From NCBI GenBank assembly GCA_963749075.1, contig CAVVLJ010000017.1:1-64000 (forward strand): 64,000 nucleotides of DNA, read 5' to 3'. Of this stretch, positions 1 through 9,415 are shown piece by piece (within the stretch, counting starts at the first letter, position 1; each line of letters begins with the position of its first letter). A program made the translations under genes and the position numbers. Under the pieces are notes generated by a model. The model had not been told where the DNA came from. It ran no database searches and saw nothing but the letters and a program-made list of their open reading frames with translations. Origin of the DNA: an uncultured Pseudomonadota bacterium (lineage in GTDB: Bacteria; Pseudomonadota; Alphaproteobacteria; JACZXZ01).

Positions 1-251
1 CCAATTATTTCGCGGCCTTAGAGGGGAAGCGTGTCACCTTCGCCGGGACTGAGACAGCACCGGCAGTGCGCATTGGCAAAGCTCTTTTGCCTTCCCGACG
101 ACACCCCTCCCGCCGAGCTGTGCGCGATAACCGTCAATCCGCTTAGGGCTGCAATCCGAGTGAGGCGCCATCATCAATAATAAATAATATAATGCTGTGC
201 CTGAGCCCGGGTACGCTGCAAATCAGCCTGCCGGCATTGCGTACGTCTTGC

Positions 252-281
252 TTGCCGATGAGTACCTCAATGGGGTATATA
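252..281 (+). promoter_or_regulatory. Putative promoter/operator of the higBA-like locus
   Basis: TTGCCG (252-257) and TATATA-like -10 (about 276-281) flank an imperfect palindrome TACCTCA-A-TGGGGTA (263-277); ATG follows at 287 (leaderless-like). Confidence 0.45.
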
Positions 282-286
282 CCGGC

Positions 287-466
287 ATGACGGCGTCGCT
301 CATCACGGTGGTCGAAGTCGAGCCGTTCCCGATCTACTTGTTGGCCGTCTACCCCAAAAGCCAGCAGATCGAACTGACGCCTCGCCAGAGGGCGCAGCTG
401 ACTGACCTCGCGGCCCAACTCAAGGCCGCCGCCAAGGCAAGCGGCAAGTCAAGGAGATTGCGATGA
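287..466 (+). pseudogene. RelE/HigB-family toxin, internally deleted
   Basis: N-terminal MTASLITVVEVEPF is joined directly to the C-terminal PIYLLAVYPKSQQIELT motif; the usual central GG.RK.RW...GKRGG.RVIY segment is absent; ATGA overlap with the downstream HTH antitoxin. Confidence 0.6.
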
Positions 467-768
467 GCAAAATCGGCGACGAGTTGATCCAGGGCTTGCA
501 AAATGCGGTCGAGCATGCGCGCGGCCGCGCCGGTGCCGCGCGCGAGACCGTGGTGCGCGTGCCGGTTCCCGCGCGGATCGAAGTGGCCGCCATCCGGAAG
601 AAGCTCGGCTTGACGCAGGAGGCATTCGCCCTCCGCTTCGGCTTCAGCGTGAAGAGCATCCGCAATTGGGAGCAGGGCGCCCGGCAACCCGAAGGGTCGG
701 CGCGCGCCTATCTCTTGGTGATCGACCGCGCGCCCCGCGCCGTGGAACGCGCGCTCAACGCGGCGTAG
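463..768 (+). CDS. HigA-like XRE/HTH antitoxin
   Basis: IRKKLGLTQEAFALRFGFSVKSIRNWEQGARQPEGSARAYLLVI is an HTH_3 signature; N-terminus MSKIGDELIQGL is typical of HigA. Confidence 0.85.
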   Translation: MSKIGDELIQGLQNAVEHARGRAGAARETVVRVPVPARIEVAAIRKKLGLTQEAFALRFGFSVKSIRNWEQGARQPEGSARAYLLVIDRAPRAVERALNAA

Positions 769-796
769 CACGGTCTCGACACCGGGAAGAGAGCAG

Positions 797-1834
797 CTAC
801 GGCGCCGCCGCCTGGCTGCCGGCGGCGGCGACCTGGTAGGCGCGCACCGGGCGGGCGATGTTCTTGAGGCTCTGCTCGCCCATGTCGATGAACTCGGCGG
901 CGACCTTGCCGCGCACCTGCTCGTAGGCCGAGGCGGAGATGCAGATGCCGCCCGGCTTGGCGATGGCCTCGAGGCGTGCCGCAACGTTCACCCCGTCGCC
1001 GTAGACGTCGTCGCCGTCGATGATGATGTCGCCGATATTGATGCCGATGCGGAAGACGATGCGCAGCTCCTCGGGCTCGCCGGCGTTGCGCTCCGCTACC
1101 GCCCGCTGCATCTCGCCGGCGCAACGCACCGCATCCACGACGCTCGCGAACTCGACGAGCAGTCCGTCGCCGGTGGTCTTGACGAGGCGGCCGTGATGCT
1201 GGGCGAACTTGGGGTCGATCAGCTGGCGGCGGTACGCCTTGAGCCGCTGAAGCGTGCCCTCCTCGTCGGCTCCCATGAGGCGGCTGTAGCCGGTCACGTC
1301 CGCGGCCAGGATGGCGGCGAGCCGGCGCTCGACGCGGCCCTCGGCGTCCTCGGCGGCGTCGCCGCCGACCGGCTTCGCCTCGCCCCCGGCGCCGCGCGCG
1401 AGCTGACGCGTGACGACCGCGGCCGAAGGCGGCAGCGTCGGCTCGGGCTCGGCCTCTTGCGCGGGAGGCCGCACCTCGGCCGGCACCGCCTCGCGCGCCG
1501 ACGCGAGCTCCACCTCGAAGACGAAGCGCGGGCCGCCCTTCGCCAGCTGCACCTTGTCGCCGGGCGCGAGCGGCGTTTCCGCCTTGAGCTCGCGATCGTT
1601 GAGATAGGTGCCGTTGCGGCTCTTGAGATCGACGATGGAGAAGCCGGGCGGGTCGCCCTTGCGCACGCGGATGAGCGCGTGCTGGCGGCTCACCACGTCG
1701 TCGGTGCTGCTGAAGGCGATGGCCGCGTTGGCATCGCGCCCGATGGCGAGCTCCTCAATCCGGTCCAGAGGAAAATGCAGGGTGCGGCGCGCCTGGGCAC
1801 CGTCGAGAAAGCGGATGACAATGCGCGCTGCCAT
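797..1834 (-). CDS. FHA domain + class III adenylate/guanylate cyclase
   Basis: FHA motifs IGRD, VSRQHA, DLKSRNGTYLN; cyclase motifs ADVTGYS, VKTTGDG, DVYGDGVNVAARLE, LKNI. Start placed at MAARIVIRF. Confidence 0.85.
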   Translation of the reverse strand: MAARIVIRFLDGAQARRTLHFPLDRIEELAIGRDANAAIAFSSTDDVVSRQHALIRVRKGDPPGFSIVDLKSRNGTYLNDRELKAETPLAPGDKVQLAKGGPRFVFEVELASAREAVPAEVRPPAQEAEPEPTLPPSAAVVTRQLARGAGGEAKPVGGDAAEDAEGRVERRLAAILAADVTGYSRLMGADEEGTLQRLKAYRRQLIDPKFAQHHGRLVKTTGDGLLVEFASVVDAVRCAGEMQRAVAERNAGEPEELRIVFRIGINIGDIIIDGDDVYGDGVNVAARLEAIAKPGGICISASAYEQVRGKVAAEFIDMGEQSLKNIARPVRAYQVAAAGSQAAAP

Positions 1835-2169
1835 AGAGCTCCCTCTGCATGGCACGTCGTCCATTGATGAGGGGAGCGAGCCGCGTGCCGCGCGGACCGG
1901 GCGGCGCCCCCAGCGCCTGCGGAGCATAGCGCCTTTCGGCCGGCTTTAACAATCGCGGCGCTGCCGCCAGCGGGCCGATTGCGCGCACGATGGCCCTTGC
2001 GCCCCCTCCTCGCGCACCTATAATCCCGTCGGTTTCCATAGCTCGGCACGGCGGTCGTTTCCCACCCTTTCGAGCCTCCGGCGGCCACTCGCTGGATGGA
2101 GGCCATGGCGCCGCGGCGCCCGGGGACTTCGCCGGCCCACAAGCTCAGCTGGAGGCCGTGACGGCGCCG

Positions 2170-3420
2170 ATGACACCGGCCGACAGCATCAAGGGCACGG
2201 GGGCGGAGGCCGGGGCGACGGCCATGGCCGAGGGTGCCGACCCGCGCGCGATCGAGGCGGAAGTCGCGGCCGCGACGACGCGCCTCCTCTATCGCTCGCC
2301 GGTCGCCATGGTGATCAACCTGATCAATGCGCCCATCGTGGCCGTGGTCCTCCACGGCGCCTACCCGGGCTGGGCGCTCGTCCTCTGGGTCGGGCTGGTC
2401 TATGCCGTGGTCGGCGCGCGCCTCGTCAACTGGCGCGTCTACCACCGCCGCCCGTCGCCGCCCGCGGCGGCCCGCGCATGGGCGCGTCGCTTCGCGCTCG
2501 GGGCCGCGGCGAGCGGCGTGCTCTGGGGCCTGGCCGGGGCCTGCGCCTTGACGGAGCCGCCGTCCTATTACGTCGTGTTCATCGCCTTCGTCATCGGCGG
2601 CATGGCCGCGGGCGCCATCGCCCAGCATTCGGTCTACCTGCCGGCACTCCTGGGCTTTCTCATACCCGCCGTGCTCCCTTTGGCCGCGGTCTTCCTCGCC
2701 GAGGGCACGCCGATCGCGTTTGCGATGGGGACCATGGCGGCCGTGTTCGCCTTGGCGCTGGCTCTCTTCGGGCGCGATCTCAACCGCTCGCTGGTACGCA
2801 ACTTCCGCCTGCAGGCCGAAGCGCGCTTCCTGGCAGCCGGCCTCGCGCAGGAGATCGCCAGGCGCGAGACCGCCGAGCGGGAGCTCTCCCACCTCGCCCG
2901 CCACGACGCGCTGACCGGCCTGCCGAACCGCGCCACCTTCTTCGAGCGCCTGCGCCTCGAGATCGGGCGGGCGAAGCGCGGCGAGACGCGCTTCGCGGTC
3001 CACTACGTCGACCTCGACCATTTCAAGGCGGTCAACGACACCTTCGGCCACAACGTCGGCGACCAGCTGCTGCGGACGATCGCGGCGCAACTCAAGCAGA
3101 ACGTGCGGCAGGTCGACCTCGTGGCGCGCCTCGGCGGCGACGAGTTCGCCATCGTCCAGGCCGGCATCAGCGTTCCCGCCCAGGCGGAGACCCTGGCCGC
3201 GAAGCTCATCGCCCGCCTCCAGGGCCCTTTCTCCATCGACGGCAACGACATCGGCATCGCCGCCAGCATCGGCATCGCACTCTACGAGCCGGACATCGAG
3301 GCGGCGGACGTGATCGTGGAGCGGGCGGACCTCGCCATGTACGCGGCCAAATCCGCCGGCCGCAGGCGCTACCGCTTCTACGATGCGGCGAGCGCCGCGG
3401 CAAACGGCAAGGTGCGCTGA
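2170..3420 (+). CDS. Membrane-bound diguanylate cyclase (GGDEF)
   Basis: Several N-terminal TM helices; HDALTGLPNR, DLDHFKAVND.FGH.GD, ARLGGDEF, ADLAMY.AK motifs. Start uncertain (2158 or 2170). Confidence 0.9.
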   Translation: MTPADSIKGTGAEAGATAMAEGADPRAIEAEVAAATTRLLYRSPVAMVINLINAPIVAVVLHGAYPGWALVLWVGLVYAVVGARLVNWRVYHRRPSPPAAARAWARRFALGAAASGVLWGLAGACALTEPPSYYVVFIAFVIGGMAAGAIAQHSVYLPALLGFLIPAVLPLAAVFLAEGTPIAFAMGTMAAVFALALALFGRDLNRSLVRNFRLQAEARFLAAGLAQEIARRETAERELSHLARHDALTGLPNRATFFERLRLEIGRAKRGETRFAVHYVDLDHFKAVNDTFGHNVGDQLLRTIAAQLKQNVRQVDLVARLGGDEFAIVQAGISVPAQAETLAAKLIARLQGPFSIDGNDIGIAASIGIALYEPDIEAADVIVERADLAMYAAKSAGRRRYRFYDAASAAANGKVR

Positions 3421-3549
3421 GCGCCGGCAGCGGCGGGCGATGGCACGGGCCGCCGGAGCCGGTATATAATGCGCCGCCGTTTTCTGTCGCTCACGCGAGC
3501 GCGCCGGCCGCGGGCGTCCGCGCGCCGCCAACGAACGGGAGGCCGCGCG

Positions 3550-4116
3550 ATGTCCACCGGCTATATCGTGCTTGCGATCGTCGTCGTGGTGGCGATCACA
3601 GCCGTCGTCATCTACAACGGGCTCGTCGCCGGGCGCCAGGAGGTGCGCAATGCCTGGTCGCAGATCGACATCCAGCTCAAGCGCCGCCACGACCTCATCC
3701 CCAACCTCGTCAATTCGGTGAAGGACGCCATGCAGGTCGAGAAGGCGCAGCTCACCGCCGTGGTCGAGGCGCGCAACCAGGCCGTCAAGGCGCCCACGCC
3801 GGCGGCGGCGATGCAGGCGGAGAACGTCCTGACCGGGGCGCTGCGACAACTCTTCGCGCTCGTCGAAGCCTATCCCAAGCTGCGCTCCCAGGAGAACGTC
3901 TCCGGCCTCATGGAGGAGCTTGCCACCACGGAGAACAAGATCAGCTTCGCGCGGCAGCACTACAACGACGCGGTGCAGGCGCAGAACATCCGCGTCGCCT
4001 CCTTCCCGGGCATCGTCTTCGCGCACACCTTCGGCTTCTCCTCCGAGACGATGTTCCAGGTCCCCGAGGCCGAGCGCGCGGCGGTCGACGCGGCGCCGGA
4101 CGTCCACCTGAGCTGA
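3550..4116 (+). CDS. lemA: LemA family protein
   Basis: N-terminal TM then YNGLV, AWSQIDIQLKRRHDLIPNLV, EAYPKL, ENKISFARQHYND motifs. Confidence 0.92.
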   Translation: MSTGYIVLAIVVVVAITAVVIYNGLVAGRQEVRNAWSQIDIQLKRRHDLIPNLVNSVKDAMQVEKAQLTAVVEARNQAVKAPTPAAAMQAENVLTGALRQLFALVEAYPKLRSQENVSGLMEELATTENKISFARQHYNDAVQAQNIRVASFPGIVFAHTFGFSSETMFQVPEAERAAVDAAPDVHLS

Positions 4117-4129
4117 GCGGACTCGCGCC

Positions 4130-5296
4130 ATGGCGTCCCCGGCCGAGGATCTCTACAACACCGACTTCGCGCAGGCCATCGCGCGCAACAAGCGCAACAC
4201 CCTGGTGCTCTTCGCGGCGCTGCTCGCCATCGGCGCCGTCCTCGGCTACGTCCTCGGCTGGGGCATTGCCATCCTCGACATCATCTGGAGCCTGCCGGCC
4301 GCCGACGTCGAGCGTCTGACCGCCCTGGGCGTGCTGCGCGATCTTCTCGGCCCGCCGCGCCCGGCGGCCATTGCCGGCGCCGTCCTGGTGTCAGGTGCCG
4401 GGCTCGCGTGGGGCCTCATCACGCTCGTCGCCGGCGACCGCATCCTCGCCGCCTTCGCGGGCGCGCGCCCGGCCGATCCCGAGAAGCCCGCCGAGCGGCG
4501 CTTCATCGACGTGCTCGAGGAGATGGCGATCGCCGCGGGCGTGCCCGCACCCCGCGCCATGGTGGTGGAGACGCCCGCGCTCAACGCCTTCGCGAGCGGC
4601 TACTCGCCCAAGCGCGCCACCATCACGGCGACGAGCGGCATCCTCGAGTCCTGCACGCGCGAGGAGCTGCAGGGCGTGGTCGGCCACGAGATGGGCCACG
4701 TCGCCGATTACGACGTGCGCTACACCACCGTCGTCGCGGCCATGGCCGGCATCGTCGTGCTCCTCGCCCATCTCCTCGGCAACATCGCGTACTGGTCCTT
4801 CGGCTGGGGCGGACCCGGGCGCTACCGCGGCGGCGGCAGCGGCAAGGCCGGCGGCGCGCGGCTGATCCTCACGCTCGTGGTGCTTGCCGTTCTCGTCGTC
4901 TTCCTGATCGCGGCACCGCTCGCCTCGCGCCTCGTGCAGATGGCGATCTCGCGCCAGCGCGAGTACCTGGCCGACGCCAGCTCGGCCAAGCTCACGCGCA
5001 ACCCCTTGGCGCTCATCCACGCGCTCGAGCGCCTGGCCCGCAGCGAGACCGCCTTCGCGCGCAAGGACTCGCCGGTGGCGGCCCTCTGCATCGCCGAGCC
5101 CAAGGACAAGTCCCTCGCCAGCCTCTTCTCGACCCATCCGCCGATCCCCGAGCGCATCGCGCGCCTGCGCAACCTGGGCGGCGGCGCCGCGGCGCACGAG
5201 GCGGGCTCGGTGCCCGACGCCGGCACCGGCGACGCCGTGGCCGACGCCGCGGCGCCGCCCGCGGACGAAGCGCCGCACAAGGGGCCGTGGGGGTGA
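4130..5296 (+). CDS. htpX: HtpX-like M48 zinc metalloprotease
   Basis: NAFA, ELQGVVGHEMGH (HExxH), SRQREYLAD, FSTHPP; adjacent to lemA as usual. Confidence 0.88.
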   Translation: MASPAEDLYNTDFAQAIARNKRNTLVLFAALLAIGAVLGYVLGWGIAILDIIWSLPAADVERLTALGVLRDLLGPPRPAAIAGAVLVSGAGLAWGLITLVAGDRILAAFAGARPADPEKPAERRFIDVLEEMAIAAGVPAPRAMVVETPALNAFASGYSPKRATITATSGILESCTREELQGVVGHEMGHVADYDVRYTTVVAAMAGIVVLLAHLLGNIAYWSFGWGGPGRYRGGGSGKAGGARLILTLVVLAVLVVFLIAAPLASRLVQMAISRQREYLADASSAKLTRNPLALIHALERLARSETAFARKDSPVAALCIAEPKDKSLASLFSTHPPIPERIARLRNLGGGAAAHEAGSVPDAGTGDAVADAAAPPADEAPHKGPWG

Positions 5297-5478
5297 GCAA
5301 AGTCGGCGCCTATGGGACCGTGTCTCTCCATGAGGCCGAGGAGCGTCGCCGCCGGTTTCAGGCGATGCTACGTGATGCCGAGAAGGAGGCAGACGCGGAT
5401 CGCACATACCCGGTCGATGAGGTATTGGCGGAGGCTGACGGCATCATCGACGCCAAAGCCCGCCGGCACGGCCGCTAA
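5293..5478 (+). pseudogene. ParD-like antitoxin remnant
   Basis: GAYGTVS followed by LHEAEERRRRFQAMLRDAEKEAD...VDEVLAE resembles ParD (CC2985-type) missing its N-terminus and EVVR.ALRL helix; no parE follows. Confidence 0.4.
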
Positions 5479-5513
5479 TGCCCGATCTCGAACGGATGAA
5501 TCCCGTATCCCGG

Positions 5514-5627
5514 CGTCATTCCGGCCCCACGGGTCCGGCCGTAGGGCCGGCCCAACGACAGGCTCCGCGAAGCGGAGAGCCGGAATCCAGTGCTCGCTGC
5601 CGTGGATACCCCCTTTCGCGGGCATGA
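5514..5627. repeat. CGTC-type REP-like palindromic element with internal hairpin insert
   Basis: CGTCATTCCGGC...GCCGGAATCCA...TGGATACCCCCTTTCGCGGGCATGA resembles the outer element at 46696-47027; internal GGGTCCGGCC-GTAG-GGCCGGCCC hairpin. Confidence 0.65.
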
Positions 5628-5688
5628 TCGCCTCATCTCATGACTCATCCGGCGTGTCGCGTCGTGTCGCGACAGTCGATCAACTGTG

Positions 5689-5721
5689 TTGACATTGTGT
5701 ATACAGATCGCTATTCATACT
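5689..5721 (+). promoter_or_regulatory. Sigma70-type promoter with palindromic operator for the tacAT-like operon
   Basis: Perfect TTGACA (5689-5694), TGTATACA palindrome (5698-5705) in the spacer, TATTCA at 17-bp spacing. Confidence 0.55.
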
Positions 5722-5781
5722 GACGACGGGCGGCTCCATTTGTCGGGACCGCGAGCCGCCGCCGAGACTTGAGTGGAAAAG

Positions 5782-6069
5782 ATGGCACGCGCTGGAGCGG
5801 ACCGGATCCGCAGCGGCACGATCAATATCCGCGTGGAGCCGCGCCAGCGCGATGTGATTGACCGAGCCGCGCAGGCGCTCGGAAAGAGCCGCTCGGAATT
5901 CATCCTGGACACTGCCTGCCGCGAGGCCGAGGCGGTGCTGCTTGATCGGCGCTTCTTTGCACTCGATGACGAGGCCTATCGGCGCTTCACCGAGGCCCTG
6001 AGCCGGCCGCCGGCTGAGAATCCGCGGCTACGCAAGCTGCTGCGAACCCCGGCACCGTGGGACAAGTGA
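5782..6069 (+). CDS. DUF1778 (TacA/AtaR-like) RHH antitoxin
   Basis: INIRV...IDRAA..LGKSRSEFIL..AC.EAE.VLLDRRFF.LD...F..AL..PP..NP.LRKLL...APW motif. Start 5773 or 5782. Confidence 0.9.
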   Translation: MARAGADRIRSGTINIRVEPRQRDVIDRAAQALGKSRSEFILDTACREAEAVLLDRRFFALDDEAYRRFTEALSRPPAENPRLRKLLRTPAPWDK

Positions 6070-6575
6070 CCGGCCCGGAAATATTCCGGGCGCCCGAACC
6101 GCTCGCCCTTTCGCACGATCTGTCAACCTTCGACTGTGGCGCACTGGAGCTAAACACCTGGCTCCGTCAGCGTGCGCAGAAGAACGAGGAAAGCGGCGCG
6201 TCGCGGACATACGTGGTGTGCGCCGGACAGCGTGTCGTCGGATATTACTGCCTCGCGAATGGCGCGATCACGCACGCGCAGGCAACCGGCAAGGTCCGTC
6301 GCAATATGCCCGATCCCGTCCCCGTCATGGTGATCGGCCGGTTGGCGGTCGACCAGGGCTGGCACAAGAAAGGGCTCGGCCGCACGCTGATGCGCGATGC
6401 GATCCTGCGGACGGTTCAAGCTGCCGATCTGGCCGGTATTCGCGCGATCCTCGTCCACGCCAAGTCGGAACAAGCCAAAGCGTTCTACGAAAGCTGCGGT
6501 CTTCGCAGTTCGCCGGGCGAACCGATGACGCTTATGATCACGATCACGGACGCACGACATGCCCTAGGCATGTAG
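6066..6575 (+). CDS. GNAT-family toxin (TacT/AtaT-like tRNA acetyltransferase)
   Basis: HD.S.FDCG..LN.WL, SRTYVV, VVGYY.LA, RNMPDPVPV..IGRLAVD, GLG..L, ILVHAK...AKAFY; GTGA overlap with the antitoxin. Confidence 0.9.
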   Translation: MTGPEIFRAPEPLALSHDLSTFDCGALELNTWLRQRAQKNEESGASRTYVVCAGQRVVGYYCLANGAITHAQATGKVRRNMPDPVPVMVIGRLAVDQGWHKKGLGRTLMRDAILRTVQAADLAGIRAILVHAKSEQAKAFYESCGLRSSPGEPMTLMITITDARHALGM

Positions 6576-6594
6576 ATGATGGTCGGCGCGCGCG

Positions 6595-7548
6595 CTACCT
6601 CGCTCCCAACCCCGGAAACAACGCGAGCGCGTTCTCCCGCTCGATGGCGCGCAAGTCGCCCGCACTCAGCCCGAGCTCACCCAGGCCCTTGATCGTCGCC
6701 GTCATGGTCGGCTCCGGGGCGAAAGGATAGTCGCTGCCGAAGAGCACGTTCGACGGCAGCACGAGCTCAAGGAGGGCGCGGAAGGCGAAGCGGTTGGCGG
6801 AGAGTGCCGTGTCGTAATAGAGCCGCTTGAGCTCGGGGATGACGCCCTCGGGCAGTCGCTCGTGATAGGCCGGCTTGGCTGAGGCGAGGCGCGCGATGCG
6901 CTCGGCGAGGAAGGGCACGGTGCCGCCCGCGTGGGAGAAGATGAAGCGGATGGCGCGGCAGCGCGCGAAGGTGCCGGCGAAGAGCAAGCTCGCGACCGCG
7001 CGCGTGGTGTCGAAGGGGAACTCGAGGGTGGCCGCCGGGATCTCGGGCAGGGCATAGGCGCAGGGTGCCGCCGTGGGGTGGAAATAGACGACGGCCTGCC
7101 GCCGCGCGAGCTCGTCGAAGACGGGTGCAAAGGCGGCATCGCCGGGATAGCGGCCGGCCACGCACGTCATCAGCCCGATGCCGTCGGCCTTGAGCACGTC
7201 GAAGGCATACTCGATCTCCTTGAGGCTCGCCTCCACCTCAGGCAGCGGCAGGCTCGCGAAGAAGCCGAAGCGGCCGCCGTGCTTCCCGCGCATCACGGCG
7301 GCGAACTCGTTGCAGTGGCGCGCCAGGCGGATGGTCTCCCTCGCGTCGCCGAAGGCGAGGCCCGGGGCCGAGATCGAGGTCACCGCGGCGGCGATGCCGT
7401 TCCTCTCCATGGCCGCGAGCGATTGCTCGGCACTCCATTCGGGCGTGCGCCCGGAGAGGAGCAGCGGCCCGATGCGCGCGTCGCCGACCGAGGCCACGTA
7501 GTCGGGCGGCAGGATGTGATGATGCACGTCGATGCGATGTCCGCTCAC
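6595..7548 (-). CDS. Amidohydrolase_2 family protein (decarboxylase/hydrolase)
   Basis: IDVHHH, VYFHP, FSHAGGTVPF, YYDTA, LFGSDYPF; GTG start with AGGGGGAG RBS. Confidence 0.88.
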   Translation of the reverse strand: MSGHRIDVHHHILPPDYVASVGDARIGPLLLSGRTPEWSAEQSLAAMERNGIAAAVTSISAPGLAFGDARETIRLARHCNEFAAVMRGKHGGRFGFFASLPLPEVEASLKEIEYAFDVLKADGIGLMTCVAGRYPGDAAFAPVFDELARRQAVVYFHPTAAPCAYALPEIPAATLEFPFDTTRAVASLLFAGTFARCRAIRFIFSHAGGTVPFLAERIARLASAKPAYHERLPEGVIPELKRLYYDTALSANRFAFRALLELVLPSNVLFGSDYPFAPEPTMTATIKGLGELGLSAGDLRAIERENALALFPGLGAR

Positions 7549-7735
7549 CGCTCCCCCTTGCCTTCGCTTCCCCTGGCCCCGCCCGCAAGCGCTCTCGCGG
7601 GCGCATGGCAATTTAGCAGAGGGCCGCGCCCGCTGTCGAATTCGCGGCAGCAGCCCATCGACGGCGCGCCCGGGATCGGCCAAACTGTGCGGCCCGCGGG
7701 AACGGGCGGCAACGCACGCGAAGAGGGACGCCAGC

Positions 7736-9223
7736 ATGGACGGCTATGACGTGATCGTGGTCGGCGCGGGCAATGCAGCGCTTTGCGCGGCGCTCGCCGC
7801 GCGCGAGGGGGGAGCGAGCGTGCTCGTGCTCGAGCGCGCACCCATCGAGGAGCGCGGCGGCAACACCGCCTTCACCGCGGGCGCCATCCGCGTCGCTTAC
7901 CGCGGGGTCGACGACTTGCTCGAGCTCATGCCCGACCTCTCCCCCGAGGAGCGGCGCAACACCGACTTCGGCACCTACAGCGAGGAGCAGTATTTCGACG
8001 ACATGGCGCGGGTGACGCAGCACCGCTGCGATCCCGATCTCGCCGAGCTCCTCATCCGGCGGAGCCACGCCACGCTCAAATGGCTCGCCGGCAAGGGCAT
8101 CCGCTTCGTGCCGATCTACGGCCGCCAGGCCTTCAAGGTCGACGGCAGGTTCAAGTTCTGGGGCGGCCTCACCATCGAGTCCTGGGGCGGCGGGCCGGGA
8201 CTCGTCGAGGCGCTGCACAAGGCAGCCGCAAAGAACGGCATCGAGGTGCGCTACGAGACGCGCGCACTCGCCCTTCTCGCCGACGACGCGGGCGTGCACG
8301 GCGTGCGCGTGCGCGAGAAGGGCGTCACGCGCGAGCTCCGCGCCAAGGCGGTGGTGCTCGCCTGCGGCGGCTTCGAGGCGAACGCCCATTGGCGCACGCG
8401 CTATCTCGGGCCCAACTGGGACCTTGCCAAGGTGCGCGGCACCCGCTTCAACACCGGCGACGGCATCCGCATGGCGCTCAAGATCGGCGCGAGCTCCTGC
8501 GGCAACTGGTCGGGCTGCCACGCGGTCGGCTGGGACCGCAACGCGCCCGAGTTCGGCGACCTCGCGGTGGGCGACGGCTTCCAGAAGCACAGCTACCCCT
8601 TCGGCATCATGGTGAACGCGCGGGGCCTCCGCTTCGTCGACGAGGGCGCCGACTTCCGCAACTACACCTACGCCAAATACGGCCGCGTCATCCTCGAGCA
8701 GCCGGGCCAGTTCGCCTGGCAGATCTTCGACCAGAAGGTCGTCCACCTGCTGCGCGACGAGTACCGCATCCGGCAAGTGACCAAGGCGCAGGCGGACAGC
8801 CTCGAGGAGCTCGCCCCCAAGCTCGACGACGTGGACGCCGCGCACTTCCTCGCCACGGTGCGCGACTACAACGCCGCGGTACGCACGGAGATCCCCTTCA
8901 ACCCCAACGTCAAGGACGGCCGCGGCACCAAGGGCTTGGCCGTGCCCAAAAGCAACTGGGCGAACACCCTCGACAGCCCGCCCTTCCTCGCCTTCGCCGT
9001 CACCTGCGGCATCACCTTCACCTTCGGCGGCCTGCGCATCGCCACGGACGGCCAGGTGGTCGACGGCGAGAGCCACCCCATCCCCGGCCTCTATGCCGCG
9101 GGCGAGCTCGTGGGCGGCCTCTTCTACTTCAACTACCCGGGCGGCACCGGCCTCATGTCGGGCGCCGTCTTCGGCAAGATCGCCGGCGCCTCGGCGGCCG
9201 AGGCCGTCAGAGGGAAGAATTAG
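7736..9223 (+). CDS. tcuA: FAD-dependent tricarballylate dehydrogenase TcuA-like flavoprotein
   Basis: DVIVVGAGNAALCAA, RGGNTAFT, LACGGFEAN, VRGTRFNTGDG, RFVDEGADFRNYTYAKYGR, GITFTFGGL, NYPGGTGLMSGAVFG. Confidence 0.8.
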   Translation: MDGYDVIVVGAGNAALCAALAAREGGASVLVLERAPIEERGGNTAFTAGAIRVAYRGVDDLLELMPDLSPEERRNTDFGTYSEEQYFDDMARVTQHRCDPDLAELLIRRSHATLKWLAGKGIRFVPIYGRQAFKVDGRFKFWGGLTIESWGGGPGLVEALHKAAAKNGIEVRYETRALALLADDAGVHGVRVREKGVTRELRAKAVVLACGGFEANAHWRTRYLGPNWDLAKVRGTRFNTGDGIRMALKIGASSCGNWSGCHAVGWDRNAPEFGDLAVGDGFQKHSYPFGIMVNARGLRFVDEGADFRNYTYAKYGRVILEQPGQFAWQIFDQKVVHLLRDEYRIRQVTKAQADSLEELAPKLDDVDAAHFLATVRDYNAAVRTEIPFNPNVKDGRGTKGLAVPKSNWANTLDSPPFLAFAVTCGITFTFGGLRIATDGQVVDGESHPIPGLYAAGELVGGLFYFNYPGGTGLMSGAVFGKIAGASAAEAVRGKN

Positions 9224-9225
9224 GT

Positions 9226-9390
9226 TTCACCACGGAGGGCACGGAGAAAGAAAAAGTTGAAACCACAAAGTCACAAAGACACGAAGGAGATTGATGCGCT
9301 TCGCGCGAAGCGAATAAAAAAACTTTGTGTCTTTGTGACTTTGTGGTTCCTCTTCCCTTCTCCCGTGTCCTCCGTGCCCTCCGTGGTGAA
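9226..9390. repeat. Nested inverted-repeat (stem-in-stem) intergenic element
   Basis: Perfect 21-bp IR TTCACCACGGAGGGCACGGAG (9226-9246 / 9370-9390) encloses a perfect 22-bp IR AACCACAAAGTCACAAAGACAC (9261-9282 / 9327-9348) around the palindrome CGCTTCGCGCGAAGCG. Confidence 0.85.
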
Positions 9391-9415
9391 TCCAACTCAG
9401 CGCGAGGACCACGCT

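Noticed and set aside
1-196. Window-start sequence with AT-rich ATAATAAATAATATAAT tract
   Set aside because: Too little context to assign a gene end or element.
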